Shown piece after piece: positions 1-10,130 of a stretch of 64,000 bases of DNA. The notes beneath the pieces were generated by a model. It had not been told where the DNA came from. It saw only the letters and a list, made by a program, of their open reading frames with translations, and did no database searches. Position 1 is the stretch's first letter. Every line of letters starts with the position of its first letter. The stretch covers positions 15,871 through 79,870 of the forward strand of contig JACRAP010000023.1 of NCBI GenBank assembly GCA_016213365.1, in the 5' to 3' direction. Both the position numbers and the translations under genes were made by a program. The DNA comes from Candidatus Berkelbacteria bacterium (GTDB taxonomy: Bacteria; Patescibacteriota; UBA1384; 2-12-FULL-50-11).

Positions 1-35
1 GAGCCCTTGGCGTAAGCCAGAGACTCTCGGGGTGG

Positions 36-755
36 TCATTTTGCGGCTGCCGACGAGCTGGACGCTGCGGCAGCAGCGGCAGCGGCGGCGGCCGCTTCGG
101 CGATGATATCGCCGATCGAGAGCGAGTTGTTGATGTTCATGCCTCCGAAGAGGCCACCCAACGAACTTGAGCGTTGGACGATGGTCGGCGGCGCGATCGT
201 CGCCGTTTGCTGCAGAGCTACCGAGTAGATGCGAACAAACTGGACGACTGGCACCTCTTCGCGGACGTACACGGTGCGCGTTTGGTAATGGTGGACAGGG
301 ATCTCGATTCGCTCACGGACGATCTTCGTCCGCTCTCGTTCAAATACACGCGTCTTGAGCGGAATTCGCTTCCGCTGCCAGACATAGTTTTTGCACGACT
401 GGACCTGAATCGGGTTATCTTCCCCGTCACAGATCACCTTCCTACCTGCAAGGCTTTCGTACTTCCACTTTCCGGTATTCCGGTAGTGGACGTACCCGTA
501 CTCGTCTTTGCGACCGGTACGAACATGAGTCCGTCCGGGAGCGGGCGTCAAGTAGTAGTCGACTCCCTCTCGAGAGTCGACCGCCTTCAGTCCACCATCT
601 TCGTGAGTGATGGTGACCTTAGGCTCACCATGGACGATCCGTTCGTCCTGAACGCTGGCGGACGAGCCGCTAGAGCCAGCGTCTTCGAAGACGACTTGGC
701 CAAAGCCAATAGCCGCCACAAGGGCGGCAAGAACTAACGTAAGAAGCCGTTTCAT
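36..755 (-). CDS. hypothetical secreted protein with poly-Ala/Ser C-terminal tail
   Basis: 239-aa ORF; signal peptide MKRLLTLVLAALVAAIGFG; ends AEAAAAAAAAAAASSSSAAAK; GC-rich; start overlaps the upstream stop. Confidence 0.75.
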   Translation of the reverse strand: MKRLLTLVLAALVAAIGFGQVVFEDAGSSGSSASVQDERIVHGEPKVTITHEDGGLKAVDSREGVDYYLTPAPGRTHVRTGRKDEYGYVHYRNTGKWKYESLAGRKVICDGEDNPIQVQSCKNYVWQRKRIPLKTRVFERERTKIVRERIEIPVHHYQTRTVYVREEVPVVQFVRIYSVALQQTATIAPPTIVQRSSSLGGLFGGMNINNSLSIGDIIAEAAAAAAAAAAASSSSAAAK

Positions 756-1894
756 CGAATTTCCTCCTTGCTCACCACTATGAGCGCTGATCGACGGCCT
801 TGGCCGTCGGAAACGACGATCTCATCACCTAACTTCGGCGTCATTTTGAAGAACGCCGCGTAACGGCCGTTCGACTTTTTGCCCTTGGTGCGAAAGATGA
901 TGTTTCCGTCCCTCACAACTTCTACGTCGAACCCGCCGTCCGATCGAAGGAGTAGATAAAGGCGGTGTCCTGCAACGATATACGAGCTCCTTGCCTCGAA
1001 CGATTTCGGCTTGTCGCTGGAATCGATATCCTTAGCAATTCGCTCATCGCTCCAGTTGGTGGTCGACGGCACATAGCCGTATTTCCACACAACCTCGCTC
1101 GACTCGCGTCGAGTCGCAATCCCGGGAGTTGGTGCAGATTCAACCGTTTGGCTGACTTCTGGGTGTTCCACGGTTACCTGGTTTGAACTCCCCATAACAG
1201 CTTGTAGCTCGGCCTCGGTCGCAAAGTTACGAACTCTGCCGTCAGAAGTCATTCCCCAAACCGAGGGAGCTTGGGGGTTCATTACCTGCCCAGCTCCATG
1301 TACCGCAGCGCGCACTTTCTCGCTGTTGTACATCGAGAAGAACTGATCCATTGGGACATTGTGAAATTGGAAAAGAGCAGACTGCCCATCCCCCCATGAC
1401 ACACCTATACCAATAGCCCCCAAAGGCATCTCGTCCAACCATAAGATGGGGGATTCTGTTGGGTTACCGTTCTTGTCGATGAACCCCGCGTTATTGGAAA
1501 CGGTGCCGTCTGAGTGGACTTTTCCCCCACGAACACGCAACCGTAACTTCTTACTCGGCCCGTAGGCTGAGAAGATTGATATGTCAACATTTCGTGGCAT
1601 GTGCGAGGTATTGATCATTGGCACAGGCTGTAGTCCCACAGACCCGTTACGGTCCAAAGAAACTACATAAGAGAGTCCTCCATTGATTGACGAGAAGTAC
1701 CGCTCCCTTCCTTCGTGCCTCACAAAAACGTTCATCGAGCACACACCTGCAGATACAACCTCCTTCTTTTCAAGCTTGTCACCCGCAAGGGCGAAAATCA
1801 ACCTGAGTGGGTCGATCTGTGCCGAACTGACGGTCGGCAACGTGGCGACTACGAAAGTCGCCAAAAGTGCGAGAAAAAGGCGAACGTTTTTCAT
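752..1894 (-). CDS. hypothetical secreted protein
   Basis: Long ORF; ATG at 1894 preceded by AGGAGG; signal peptide MKNVRLFLALLATFVVATLPTVSSA. Confidence 0.8.
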   Translation of the reverse strand: MKNVRLFLALLATFVVATLPTVSSAQIDPLRLIFALAGDKLEKKEVVSAGVCSMNVFVRHEGRERYFSSINGGLSYVVSLDRNGSVGLQPVPMINTSHMPRNVDISIFSAYGPSKKLRLRVRGGKVHSDGTVSNNAGFIDKNGNPTESPILWLDEMPLGAIGIGVSWGDGQSALFQFHNVPMDQFFSMYNSEKVRAAVHGAGQVMNPQAPSVWGMTSDGRVRNFATEAELQAVMGSSNQVTVEHPEVSQTVESAPTPGIATRRESSEVVWKYGYVPSTTNWSDERIAKDIDSSDKPKSFEARSSYIVAGHRLYLLLRSDGGFDVEVVRDGNIIFRTKGKKSNGRYAAFFKMTPKLGDEIVVSDGQGRRSALIVVSKEEIR

Positions 1895-2112
1895 CGTCGC
1901 CACCTCCTATTTTCACGTTTTTATAGTTGATTCGCGTACAACTTTCGTTTCCGTTATGTTAACCTGCGCGTGCAAGGACATTACGGAGACTGTCTCAGCC
2001 AGGAAGAGGGAAGGAGGGAAATTGCCGAGAGTAGCAAGCTACTCAAAGTGGCAACTCTCCCTAATCCCAGCCGAGACAGTCCCCATAAAGCTCTATCGTC
2101 ACGTACGTCGCG

Positions 2113-2141
2113 ATAATAGCATATACTTTCTCTGTTGTCAA
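2113..2141 (-). promoter_or_regulatory. sigma70-type promoter for the secreted-protein operon
   Basis: Minus strand TTGACA-17 nt-TATTAT with extended -10 TG. Confidence 0.7.
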
Positions 2142-2171
2142 TCGATAATACCCTAATTTTGCATTATTAAT

Positions 2172-2215
2172 AAAATAAGGAGCTCTGGTGGCCATACGGC
2201 AACACACAGAGCTCC
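2172..2215 (-). terminator. intrinsic terminator
   Basis: Minus strand GGAGCTCTG...CAGAGCTCC hairpin followed by TTATTTT. Confidence 0.6.
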
Positions 2216-2600
2216 CAGGAGCACCGTTACGAGCTTCGGTTAGGGCTAATCGAGTTACCCTGTTCCTTATATGGAACGTATATATCAAGTGCATTGCCGC
2301 AGCGATTTGCCTTGATTTTCTCTTGTAAACGGTGAAACCTCAAAACTCTCGACAAATCGAGAGTAAAGCGTTTGTTAACTTGGCCAATTTTAAGAACCTG
2401 AAGTAGGTCCACCAAGTTTTATATTTTGGACGGCAACGTCGTTGTCGCCTCCAAGCAGCCCACGAAACACGCAAATATTTTTATCCTAAAAGTGCGTTGC
2501 GCGATCGTGAGCTATTTGGAGTTAATGTTAAGGTGGGCCAATTTGGCTGAAAGCTCTTTAGACTTTCCCCTCTCGGCCTGTGTTATGTTTTTAGCATAAC
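2172..2600 (-). ncRNA. candidate structured ncRNA (~430 nt) of unknown family
   Basis: Lies between a promoter (2607-2635) and a terminator; several long stems; no convincing ORF. Confidence 0.45.
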
Positions 2601-2606
2601 GTCGGG

Positions 2607-2635
2607 ATAATAGCATATGCTAATCAAAAAGTCAA
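2607..2635 (-). promoter_or_regulatory. sigma70-type promoter
   Basis: Minus strand TTGACT-17 nt-TATTAT with extended -10 TG; shares ATATGCTATTAT with the promoter at 2113-2141. Confidence 0.65.
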
Positions 2636-2674
2636 GGGATTCGAGCATTATTTTAAATATCAATAAATAGTTTG

Positions 2675-2817
2675 CAGGTAAATTTCGTAACAACCGAAGC
2701 CGAAGGCGAGGTTTGTTGAAATTTACACCACACCCCTGTGGGAGCGACGGAGGAGGCTGGGGAGTTGTAGAGGGGTAGGGCGCGGCCTTCGCAACTCTGA
2801 GCACCCTACCCCTCTAC
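2675..2817. repeat. ~143-bp palindromic element, copy 1 (inverted relative to 4528-4669)
   Basis: Near-identical reverse complement of 4528-4669; internal stems GTAGAGGGGTAGGG/CCCTACCCCTCTAC and GTAAATTTC/GAAATTTAC. Confidence 0.9.
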
Positions 2818-2824
2818 AAAGTTA

Positions 2825-4159
2825 CTACCTTGAAAGGTAAACAGTCCCTTCTGGTGTATCCAATACCTCAAATCCGGCTTGTTCTATCTCTTTCTTCCTA
2901 TTATCTGCAGTTAAGTAATCTGCACCAGATCGTGCCTGTTCGCGTTGAGCTACTAATTCCTGAAGTGCCGGGTTGTTAGAAATTGACATATGCTTTAACC
3001 CTAATATTTCAAATATTTGCTCAAATTGCTCCTTATTAAAATCGTTTGTTTCGGTAGAAAGAATTTGTAGAGCTTTTGGCGTGTCCAAGTCGTCGTTTAG
3101 TGCTTCAATAAACCTGTTAAAAGCGTCTGTATTGGCGTTTTCTTGAGTATTAGCATATGCCATAAAAAGCTTATGTCTTAACGCCACTCCTTGCGCTAAC
3201 GATTCCTTGGTGTAATCAAACGGTTTACGGTAATGCGTACCATATAATGCCAATTTTAGCTCGTTTGCTGAATACTCCTTTAAAGCGTCTTTTACTAAAA
3301 CTGTGTTGTGAACTGACTTGCTCATTTTTTGACCATTAATTGTAAGCATTCCGGCATGCACCCAATAATTTGCCATTGGTTTATTAGTTAAAGCTTCTGA
3401 TTGGGCGATCTCGTTTTCGTGATGTGGAAATACATGTTCAACAGCAGAGCCATGAATATCGAAAGTATCACCAAGGTATTTTCGAATCATCGCCGAGCAT
3501 TCGATATGCCAACCTGGGTATCCGCGTCCCCAAGGCGAATCCCAAACAAATTCGTGACTCATAACGGGTGACGCTTTCCACAGAGCAAAATCCGCTGGAT
3601 TACGCTTATCCTTAGCGCTATCAACTCTTGTGCCGGTAATAACTTCCGCTAACGTTCGGTGACTTAGTTTGCCGTAATCGGCTTTTTTGGTAACACTAAA
3701 ATAAATATTATTCTGGTTTGTAACATATGCGTAATTATTTTCGATCAATCCTTGAATGAATTCTACAATTTCTTGAATGTGCTCGGATGCTTTTGGGAAG
3801 TTTGCGGCTGATAATATATTCAACGACCTTAAATCTTCTAGGTGCGAATCGGTATACATATGAGCGATATCCGACACCGACTTGCCGAGTTCGTGTGCTT
3901 TTTGTTGAAGTTTATCGGCGCCAACTTCTGCGTCGTTTACCAAATGTCCTACGTCGGTAATATTTTGTATGTAGGTAACGTCGTAACCTGAATATCTTAA
4001 AAATCGGTTTAATAAATCGAACGACAGATACGTTCGGGCGTGACCGATGTGATCGTAATCGTAAACAGTTGGACCGCAGACATACATACCAACTTTCTTT
4101 GGCTGAATCGATTGAAATTCCTCTTTACTACTAGTGAGAGTATTGTATATCTGGAGCAT
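2825..4159 (-). CDS. cysS: cysteine--tRNA ligase
   Basis: [20 protein letters not shown] and KMSKS motifs. Confidence 0.98.
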   Translation of the reverse strand: MLQIYNTLTSSKEEFQSIQPKKVGMYVCGPTVYDYDHIGHARTYLSFDLLNRFLRYSGYDVTYIQNITDVGHLVNDAEVGADKLQQKAHELGKSVSDIAHMYTDSHLEDLRSLNILSAANFPKASEHIQEIVEFIQGLIENNYAYVTNQNNIYFSVTKKADYGKLSHRTLAEVITGTRVDSAKDKRNPADFALWKASPVMSHEFVWDSPWGRGYPGWHIECSAMIRKYLGDTFDIHGSAVEHVFPHHENEIAQSEALTNKPMANYWVHAGMLTINGQKMSKSVHNTVLVKDALKEYSANELKLALYGTHYRKPFDYTKESLAQGVALRHKLFMAYANTQENANTDAFNRFIEALNDDLDTPKALQILSTETNDFNKEQFEQIFEILGLKHMSISNNPALQELVAQREQARSGADYLTADNRKKEIEQAGFEVLDTPEGTVYLSR

Positions 4160-4202
4160 TACGGAGTAATAGTACTAGAAATAGAACCGAAGTTAAAGTT
4201 GT

Positions 4203-4481
4203 TTACTCGTCGTCGCCGTAGGAGTCGTTGGAGTAACTTTTTAGTTCTTCCTCTTCTTCGTCTGACTGTAATTGTTCTAGCGATAACGGCGATGACATAT
4301 CGTCGCCTGTATTTATTAAATCTGAAAAATCGTCGTTTACTAATTCTTCATCGCCTTCGGCGGCCTTTTCGGGAGAGAATGTCTTCATTGGCAAACCGCA
4401 ATCCGGACAGACTGCGTTTTGGGTTGGAGAGGTATAACCACAATTTTCGCAAACGTAATCTTCTTGTAACTCAGCTTTCAT
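4203..4481 (-). CDS. small zinc-ribbon protein with acidic tail
   Basis: CENCG...CPDCG followed by an Asp/Glu-rich C-terminus. Confidence 0.7.
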   Translation of the reverse strand: MKAELQEDYVCENCGYTSPTQNAVCPDCGLPMKTFSPEKAAEGDEELVNDDFSDLINTGDDMSSPLSLEQLQSDEEEEELKSYSNDSYGDDE

Positions 4482-4527
4482 ATTATTAGGTTAAAATATC
4501 TGGGATTATTGTCAAGGGATTTATTTC

Positions 4528-4669
4528 GTAGAGGGGTAGGGTGCTCAGAGTTGCGAAGGCCGCGCCCTACCCCTCTACAACTCCCCACCCTGGCCGTCGC
4601 TCCCACAGGGGTGTGGTGTAAATTTCAACAAACCTCGCCTTGGGCTTCGGTTGTTACGAAATTTACCTG
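4528..4669. repeat. ~142-bp palindromic element, copy 2
   Basis: Reverse complement of 2675-2817 with few differences. Confidence 0.9.
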
Positions 4670-4705
4670 ATACTATTAGATAGTCATCTTGAGATAATAC
4701 TTTTA

Positions 4706-5332
4706 TTAGTTATAACTCCTACGTCCTTCGAGGGCTCGTGAGAGCGTTAGTTCGTCTGCGTACTCTAAGTCGCCGCCTACGGGCAATCCACGAGCGATAC
4801 GCGTAACTTTTATGTCCTTTGTAATTTTGCCTGCTTCGATTAATTCTTTTATTCTATCGTCGATATATAGCGCTGTTGCTTCGCCTTCAAGCGATGGGTT
4901 AGTTGCTAGTATCACTTCTTTTACCTCCTCGCCCTTTAAGCGCTCGATTAACTCGTTAATTTTTAAATCTTCCGGAGAGACGTTATTGATCGGTGAAATT
5001 TGTCCGCCTAAAACGTGATACCGTCCGTCAAACCGGGCTTTTTCTAGCGCTAAAACATCGAGCGGCTCTTCCACAACCGCGATCTTACCGACTTGCCGTG
5101 TAGTATCGCTACAAATACCGCACGGATCAGTTTCGGCAACTATTTGGCAAACCGAGCATTTAGTAAGATTTTGTTTTAAGCTAGAAAATGCTAATCCGAA
5201 CTTAGCAAGTTCGTCGTTACTTCTGCTTAGTAAATAAAAAGTTAAGCGGTTAGCAGTTTTCGGTCCAACGCCCGGTAAACTTGCTAGCACTTCAGAGAGC
5301 GCCTCGATTGATTTTGGTAAAACGTTCCTCAT
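4706..5332 (-). CDS. recR: recombination protein RecR
   Basis: LPGVGPKTA HhH, C4 zinc finger, Toprim, GLPVGGDLEYADELTL; ATG overlaps the topA stop. Confidence 0.97.
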   Translation of the reverse strand: MRNVLPKSIEALSEVLASLPGVGPKTANRLTFYLLSRSNDELAKFGLAFSSLKQNLTKCSVCQIVAETDPCGICSDTTRQVGKIAVVEEPLDVLALEKARFDGRYHVLGGQISPINNVSPEDLKINELIERLKGEEVKEVILATNPSLEGEATALYIDDRIKELIEAGKITKDIKVTRIARGLPVGGDLEYADELTLSRALEGRRSYN

Positions 5333-7533
5333 TCTTGGGTATAATCGCACTGACTACAGCTTAAACCGCCTTTTTTCTTGACTAATAAATTATTACATTT
5401 GGGGCATTTTTGATCGACCGGCTCGTACCAAAACGCTGTTTTGCATTTTGGGTAATTACCGCATCCCCAGAAAACCTTACCCCTGCGGCTATTTTTGCGC
5501 AATATTTCACCGCCACAATTTGGGCATTTCACCTCGGCGGCAATACTTATAGATTTGGTATATTTACATTTTGGATAATTAGAACAGCCAATAAAATTAC
5601 CGAAACGACTTTGCTTTAAAGCCAGTTCACCGCCACAATCTGGACATTTTTCTTTCACCTCTTCTTGGATCTGTTCCTTTTCTTGTTCGCTAACATTATC
5701 TGAAAGGTACGGCGCTCGGTAATCACAGTCTGGGTAGCCAGAACACGAATAAAATTTCCCGTAGCGACCAAGTTTAATTACAACAACTTTACCGCACTTG
5801 GGGCATTTTTGGTCGGTTTTTTCTTCAACTAGTGCTTTTTTCTCGATCGTCTTATCTTTCTCGGCTAATAATTTTTCAAACGGTCCGTAGAACTCCGCCA
5901 ATACCTTCTCGAATTCTTTTTTGCCGTCGGCGATATCGTCCAAGCTCTCTTCCATATCGGCGGTAAAATTGTAATCGACTATCGACGGGAAATTCTCTAC
6001 CAACAAGTCCGTAACTACCTCTGCAACCGATTCGGGAATGAAACGACCAGTTTGTTTGGTTACGTATCCCCTATCAACGATCGTGCTCATAATCGGGGCG
6101 TAAGTTGATGGTCTGCCGATGCCACGCTTTTCTAACTCTTTTACTAAGGTCGCTTCAGAGTATCTTGCCGGTGGTTCGGTAAAATGTTGCTCGCTCAAGA
6201 GTTTTTGAACTTTTACTTTTTCGTCTTTTTTTAGTTTAGGCAGTTCGACATATCTTTCAGTCACTTCTGGATAAACTTTTAAATACCCATCAAAGATTAG
6301 TTTTCTACCTCTTGCTTGAAAATTTAAGTCCTTTCCGGCGGTAAGTGTTGCGACGGTGGTTTTGACTTGAGCTGGCGCCATCATCGAACCCAGCGCCGTT
6401 TTGTAAATCATTTCATAAAGCCGTGCGTGATCTCGAGATAAGTGTTTCGCCGCTTGTTCTGGAGTTAAAGTAAAATCTGAAGGACGGATCGCTTCGTGCG
6501 CTTCTTGTGCGCCCTTAACTTTTTTTGTAAAAATGTTTGGTTTTTCTGGCAAGTACGCCGCCCCAAATTGCTTACCAATTAAGTTTGTAGCTTGGTTTCG
6601 TGCTGACTGGGCGATATTAAACGAATCAGTACGCATATAAGTAATTAAGCCGACTGATTCACTAGAGCCCACTTCTATACCCTCGTATAACTCTTGAGCG
6701 ATTCTCATCGTGCGCTTTGCCGAAAATCCGTACAAACGCGCTGCCATTTGTTGTAGGGTCGAGGTAATTAGCGGCGCGACCGGTCGAGTTAACGACTCTG
6801 ATTCGCTAATATCGTTTACGGATAAATCCTTACCTTTTAGTATCTTCGTTAACGCATCGATCTCTTTTTGCGTTGAAACCTCCAATTTACTACCATCTTT
6901 ATGTAGCGCGGCGGCCTTGAAATTGCCCGACTCACTTTTGCAATCAGCTTCTAGCGTCCAAAATTCCCTAGTTTTAAACGCTTTAATTTCGCGTTCGCGC
7001 TCTACGATTAAACGTACCGCCACCGATTGAACCCGCCCTGCCGACAAGCCGCGATAAACTTTTTTCCACAGTAGCGGTGAGAGCTTGTAACCTACTAATC
7101 TATCTAAAATTCGTCTGGCTTGTTGGGCGTCGACTAAATCCATACTTAACTTGCGTGGTTTGGCGACTGCTTCTTGAACTGCAGATTTAGTAATCTCGGT
7201 AAACGAAACTCTAAAGGTTGGTTTTTTAGTTTTAAGTAACTCGGTTAAGTGCCACGCGATCGCCTCGCCCTCTCTGTCTGGGTCGGGCGCTAAATATAAG
7301 GCATCGCTTTTTTCTAGTTCTTTTTTAAGATCGCTGATAACGTTTTTTGCTTTGGCGATCGGTAGATAATCGACGTCAAAATTATTTTTTACATCGATTC
7401 CAAGTTTTGTTTTTGGCAAATCGCGTACATGACCGTACGACGCTTTAATTACAAAACTATCACCCAAATATTGGCCGATAGTTTTGGCTTTTGCTGGACT
7501 CTCCACGATTAATAAATTTCTTTTCTTCTCCAT
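5329..7533 (-). CDS. topA: DNA topoisomerase I
   Basis: IVESPAKAKTI, DPDREGE, SAGRVQS, LITYMRTDS and C-terminal C4 zinc ribbons. Confidence 0.98.
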   Translation of the reverse strand: MEKKRNLLIVESPAKAKTIGQYLGDSFVIKASYGHVRDLPKTKLGIDVKNNFDVDYLPIAKAKNVISDLKKELEKSDALYLAPDPDREGEAIAWHLTELLKTKKPTFRVSFTEITKSAVQEAVAKPRKLSMDLVDAQQARRILDRLVGYKLSPLLWKKVYRGLSAGRVQSVAVRLIVEREREIKAFKTREFWTLEADCKSESGNFKAAALHKDGSKLEVSTQKEIDALTKILKGKDLSVNDISESESLTRPVAPLITSTLQQMAARLYGFSAKRTMRIAQELYEGIEVGSSESVGLITYMRTDSFNIAQSARNQATNLIGKQFGAAYLPEKPNIFTKKVKGAQEAHEAIRPSDFTLTPEQAAKHLSRDHARLYEMIYKTALGSMMAPAQVKTTVATLTAGKDLNFQARGRKLIFDGYLKVYPEVTERYVELPKLKKDEKVKVQKLLSEQHFTEPPARYSEATLVKELEKRGIGRPSTYAPIMSTIVDRGYVTKQTGRFIPESVAEVVTDLLVENFPSIVDYNFTADMEESLDDIADGKKEFEKVLAEFYGPFEKLLAEKDKTIEKKALVEEKTDQKCPKCGKVVVIKLGRYGKFYSCSGYPDCDYRAPYLSDNVSEQEKEQIQEEVKEKCPDCGGELALKQSRFGNFIGCSNYPKCKYTKSISIAAEVKCPNCGGEILRKNSRRGKVFWGCGNYPKCKTAFWYEPVDQKCPKCNNLLVKKKGGLSCSQCDYTQE

Positions 7534-7554
7534 AATAAAAACCGTCCATACGGC

Positions 7555-8646
7555 TTATACTGACTGTTTTAAAGTATAATCGCCGTTACTTGTTAGCGCA
7601 ACCAGTCCAGATAGCTCTAGCTGGGTCAACTCTGTTAATATTTCATTGATACTTGAATTTGTAAGGTTTTGCAGTACATCTGCATTTGCGCTTTTCGTTT
7701 TTAATATTTCAACAATCGCACTACCAAGTTCTGTTAGCTCTATTTTTTGCGCGGATAATTTATAGTAACTGTTTAGTATTTCACTATTAATAAGCGGCGT
7801 TGCGCCGCAGGAAATTAAAAAGTTCGGCCCTTGGGAGGTGGGACGGGTGATATCGCCGGGAATTGCCATTAAATCGCGATTGTAGTCGATTGCGGCGCGA
7901 GCGGTAGTAAGCGTACCGGATTTTATTACTGCCTCAACAACTAATGTTAACGGCGCAAGACCGGCTAAAATGCGATTTCGAATTGGAAACTGATGCGCTT
8001 GCGGTAAAACTAGCGGCGGATACTCGCTAAGAATTACCCCACCGCTACCAATTATTTGTTCCGCTAATTTTTGATGTGCCTCAGGATAGATTCTATCTAA
8101 TCCCCCCGCTAGCACTCCAACCGTTTTACCACCGTTATTTAACGAAATTTCGTGGGCAATTTTATCGATTCCGTACGCTAAGCCACTGGCGATTACAACA
8201 CTACTGGCGAGCTGATCGCTAATTAAATTTTGCAACGCGTTTACGCCGTACTCAGTTGGTTTCCGAGTTCCAACGATCGTTAAAGTTGGGTTATTTAAGA
8301 TGGAAATATCGCCCCGATAAAATAACCAAAGTGGCGGATCGGTAATTTCTTTTAGTAATAACGGGTATTCGTTACTATCAATGGAGCAGATTTTTATATT
8401 AACTTTATTCATCAATTCAAGTTGTTTTTTTACGTTTTTTGGTCGAGATAAAAGCAATTTGGTTTGTTTTTGGCTAAATCCCCTACTAATTAATTCCGTA
8501 GAATTTGCTCGTAAAAAATCGTTAAAAGACTGAAAGCTCTTGTATACTTTTTGGCATATGTGCGGCGTTAAAAAATTGATCGAAGTAAAGCTAATTACAT
8601 CGCTTAAATTGGCTCCTAAAAACCACTGTTTTGCTGTTGACATCAT
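7555..8646 (-). CDS. dprA: DNA processing protein DprA
   Basis: IVGTR, SGLAYGID, FPIRNRI, SGTLTTA; lies upstream of topA. Confidence 0.96.
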   Translation of the reverse strand: MMSTAKQWFLGANLSDVISFTSINFLTPHICQKVYKSFQSFNDFLRANSTELISRGFSQKQTKLLLSRPKNVKKQLELMNKVNIKICSIDSNEYPLLLKEITDPPLWLFYRGDISILNNPTLTIVGTRKPTEYGVNALQNLISDQLASSVVIASGLAYGIDKIAHEISLNNGGKTVGVLAGGLDRIYPEAHQKLAEQIIGSGGVILSEYPPLVLPQAHQFPIRNRILAGLAPLTLVVEAVIKSGTLTTARAAIDYNRDLMAIPGDITRPTSQGPNFLISCGATPLINSEILNSYYKLSAQKIELTELGSAIVEILKTKSANADVLQNLTNSSINEILTELTQLELSGLVALTSNGDYTLKQSV

Positions 8647-8826
8647 TTTATAAATATGTTAAATTACAAAAACTTGTCGAAATCAATATCGACTAGAGTA
8701 CATAAGACATGTAGCGCTCTCGAGAAATTGAGAGTGTTACTGCCTTCTGTACTACACTATCAGCGGCATAATAAATTCTGGTCGTTAAAAATGCAATGCA
8801 GGATAGTGAGAGTGCAAGGGGGTTAA

Positions 8827-8860
8827 AGAAAAAGCCACGGCGCAAGCTGTGGCTTTTTCT
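8827..8860 (-). terminator. intrinsic terminator after rplK
   Basis: AGAAAAAGCCACGGC/GCTGTGGCTTTTTCT hairpin with A and T tracts. Confidence 0.75.
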
Positions 8861-8929
8861 AAATAAGAATTTTATTACTTTGCAACTTCAACTGCGAGCA
8901 ACTTGTTGCGAGAAGTGAAGTTGGCTCCG

Positions 8930-9355
8930 TTAGGAGATAACTTCAATCCCCATCGATTTAGCAGTTCCCTCGATAATTTTAACGGCTTGTTCGATTGTGC
9001 GGGCGTTTAAGTCGCTCATTTTATTTTCGGCGATAGCGCGTACTTGTTCAGCTGTAACTTTACCAATTTTTTCTTTGCGTGGTGTTTGCGAACCCTTTTC
9101 CAAGCCCGCTGCTTTCAATAACTGGTTTGCAGCTGGAGAAGTTTTGGTTACAAAGTCGAATGTTCGATCTTCGTAAATTGAAATTTCAACCGGAACGATC
9201 GAACCCATTTGTGCTTTAGTTCGCTCGTTAAACTGAGTGATGAAATCCATCATATTAACGCCGTGGGGACCAAGTGCGGTACCGATTTGCTGACCCGGCG
9301 TCGCCCGTCCTGCTGGTGCTTGTAGCTTAATAATTGTTTTTACTTTTTTTGCCAT
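8930..9355 (-). CDS. rplK: 50S ribosomal protein L11
   Basis: [20 protein letters not shown]...IEGTAKSMG. Confidence 0.98.
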   Translation of the reverse strand: MAKKVKTIIKLQAPAGRATPGQQIGTALGPHGVNMMDFITQFNERTKAQMGSIVPVEISIYEDRTFDFVTKTSPAANQLLKAAGLEKGSQTPRKEKIGKVTAEQVRAIAENKMSDLNARTIEQAVKIIEGTAKSMGIEVIS

Positions 9356-9357
9356 TT

Positions 9358-9957
9358 TTATATTTTTTTAACTTGTAAGAAATCTAGATTTACCGGTGTT
9401 TCGCGGCCGAACATCGACACAGAAACTTTAATTTTGCCTTTTGTGGCGTCGACTTCGGTAATTTTGCCTTCGTATCCTTTAAGCGGACCGTCGTTGATAC
9501 GAACTAAATCGTCAACACTTAAATCAACCGTGTGTTCCGGCTCGTCGCGCTCCATTTTAGATTTAATTGCAACGATATCTGAATCTGGAATTGGAGTTGG
9601 GCGAACGCCGCTACCTAAAAACCCGGTAACGCTTGGGGTGTTTCGAACAACGTACCACGATTCGTCGGTAACGATCATATTTACAAACACATATCCCGGG
9701 AAACTGCGCTTTTCAACAGTTTTGCGCTTGCCGTTTTTAATCTCAACTTGTTTTTCTTTTGGCACAATTACATCGAAAATGTAATCCTGTAATCCCATAT
9801 TACTTATGCGTTGTTTTAAATTTTCAGCTACTTGATCTTCGTAACCGGCGTAAGTGTGGATAACGTACCAACCAGCTTCGCCGCTTTGACGCGCGACAGA
9901 ATCGTTAGCATCTGCTTTTTCGGTTTCTTCTGTATTTACTACTTCTTCTTGTGTCAT
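9358..9957 (-). CDS. nusG: transcription termination/antitermination factor NusG
   Basis: [19 protein letters not shown] domain, MFGRETPV. Confidence 0.98.
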   Translation of the reverse strand: MTQEEVVNTEETEKADANDSVARQSGEAGWYVIHTYAGYEDQVAENLKQRISNMGLQDYIFDVIVPKEKQVEIKNGKRKTVEKRSFPGYVFVNMIVTDESWYVVRNTPSVTGFLGSGVRPTPIPDSDIVAIKSKMERDEPEHTVDLSVDDLVRINDGPLKGYEGKITEVDATKGKIKVSVSMFGRETPVNLDFLQVKKI

Positions 9958-10130
9958 TATTTTAATGCCAATACAACTAATTCTTTAAAACCTAAATCAA
10001 TTCCCGCAATTATTAATGTCGCAATAATAATTGTTACTACAACCATAATACTGTGCTTGGCAACAGTTTCGCGCGTTGGCCAAATAACTTTCTTTGCTTC
10101 TTCAACTAACGAGCCGATGAATTTTTTCAT
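9957..10130 (-). CDS. secE: preprotein translocase subunit SecE (57 aa, absent from the ORF track)
   Basis: Manual translation MKKFIGSLVEEAKKVIWPTRETVAKHS...; KVxWP motif, one TM helix, upstream of nusG. Confidence 0.93.
   Translation of the reverse strand: MKKFIGSLVEEAKKVIWPTRETVAKHSIMVVVTIIIATLIIAGIDLGFKELVVLALK

Noticed and set aside
167-2156. Plus-strand ORFs such as 174-737 and 1683-2156
   Set aside because: They are antisense shadows of the minus-strand genes, which have signal peptides, RBS and a promoter.
2172-2600. Firm call as RNase P RNA or tmRNA
   Set aside because: Only a partial GGAAAGTC match; no 3' P4 strand, tRNA-like ends or tag ORF recognised. Kept as an unknown candidate.
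8711-8741. CIRCE-like inverted repeat TAGCGCTC...GAGTGTTA upstream of dprA
   Set aside because: The spacer is 12 nt rather than 9, the arms have mismatches, and no chaperone gene is adjacent.
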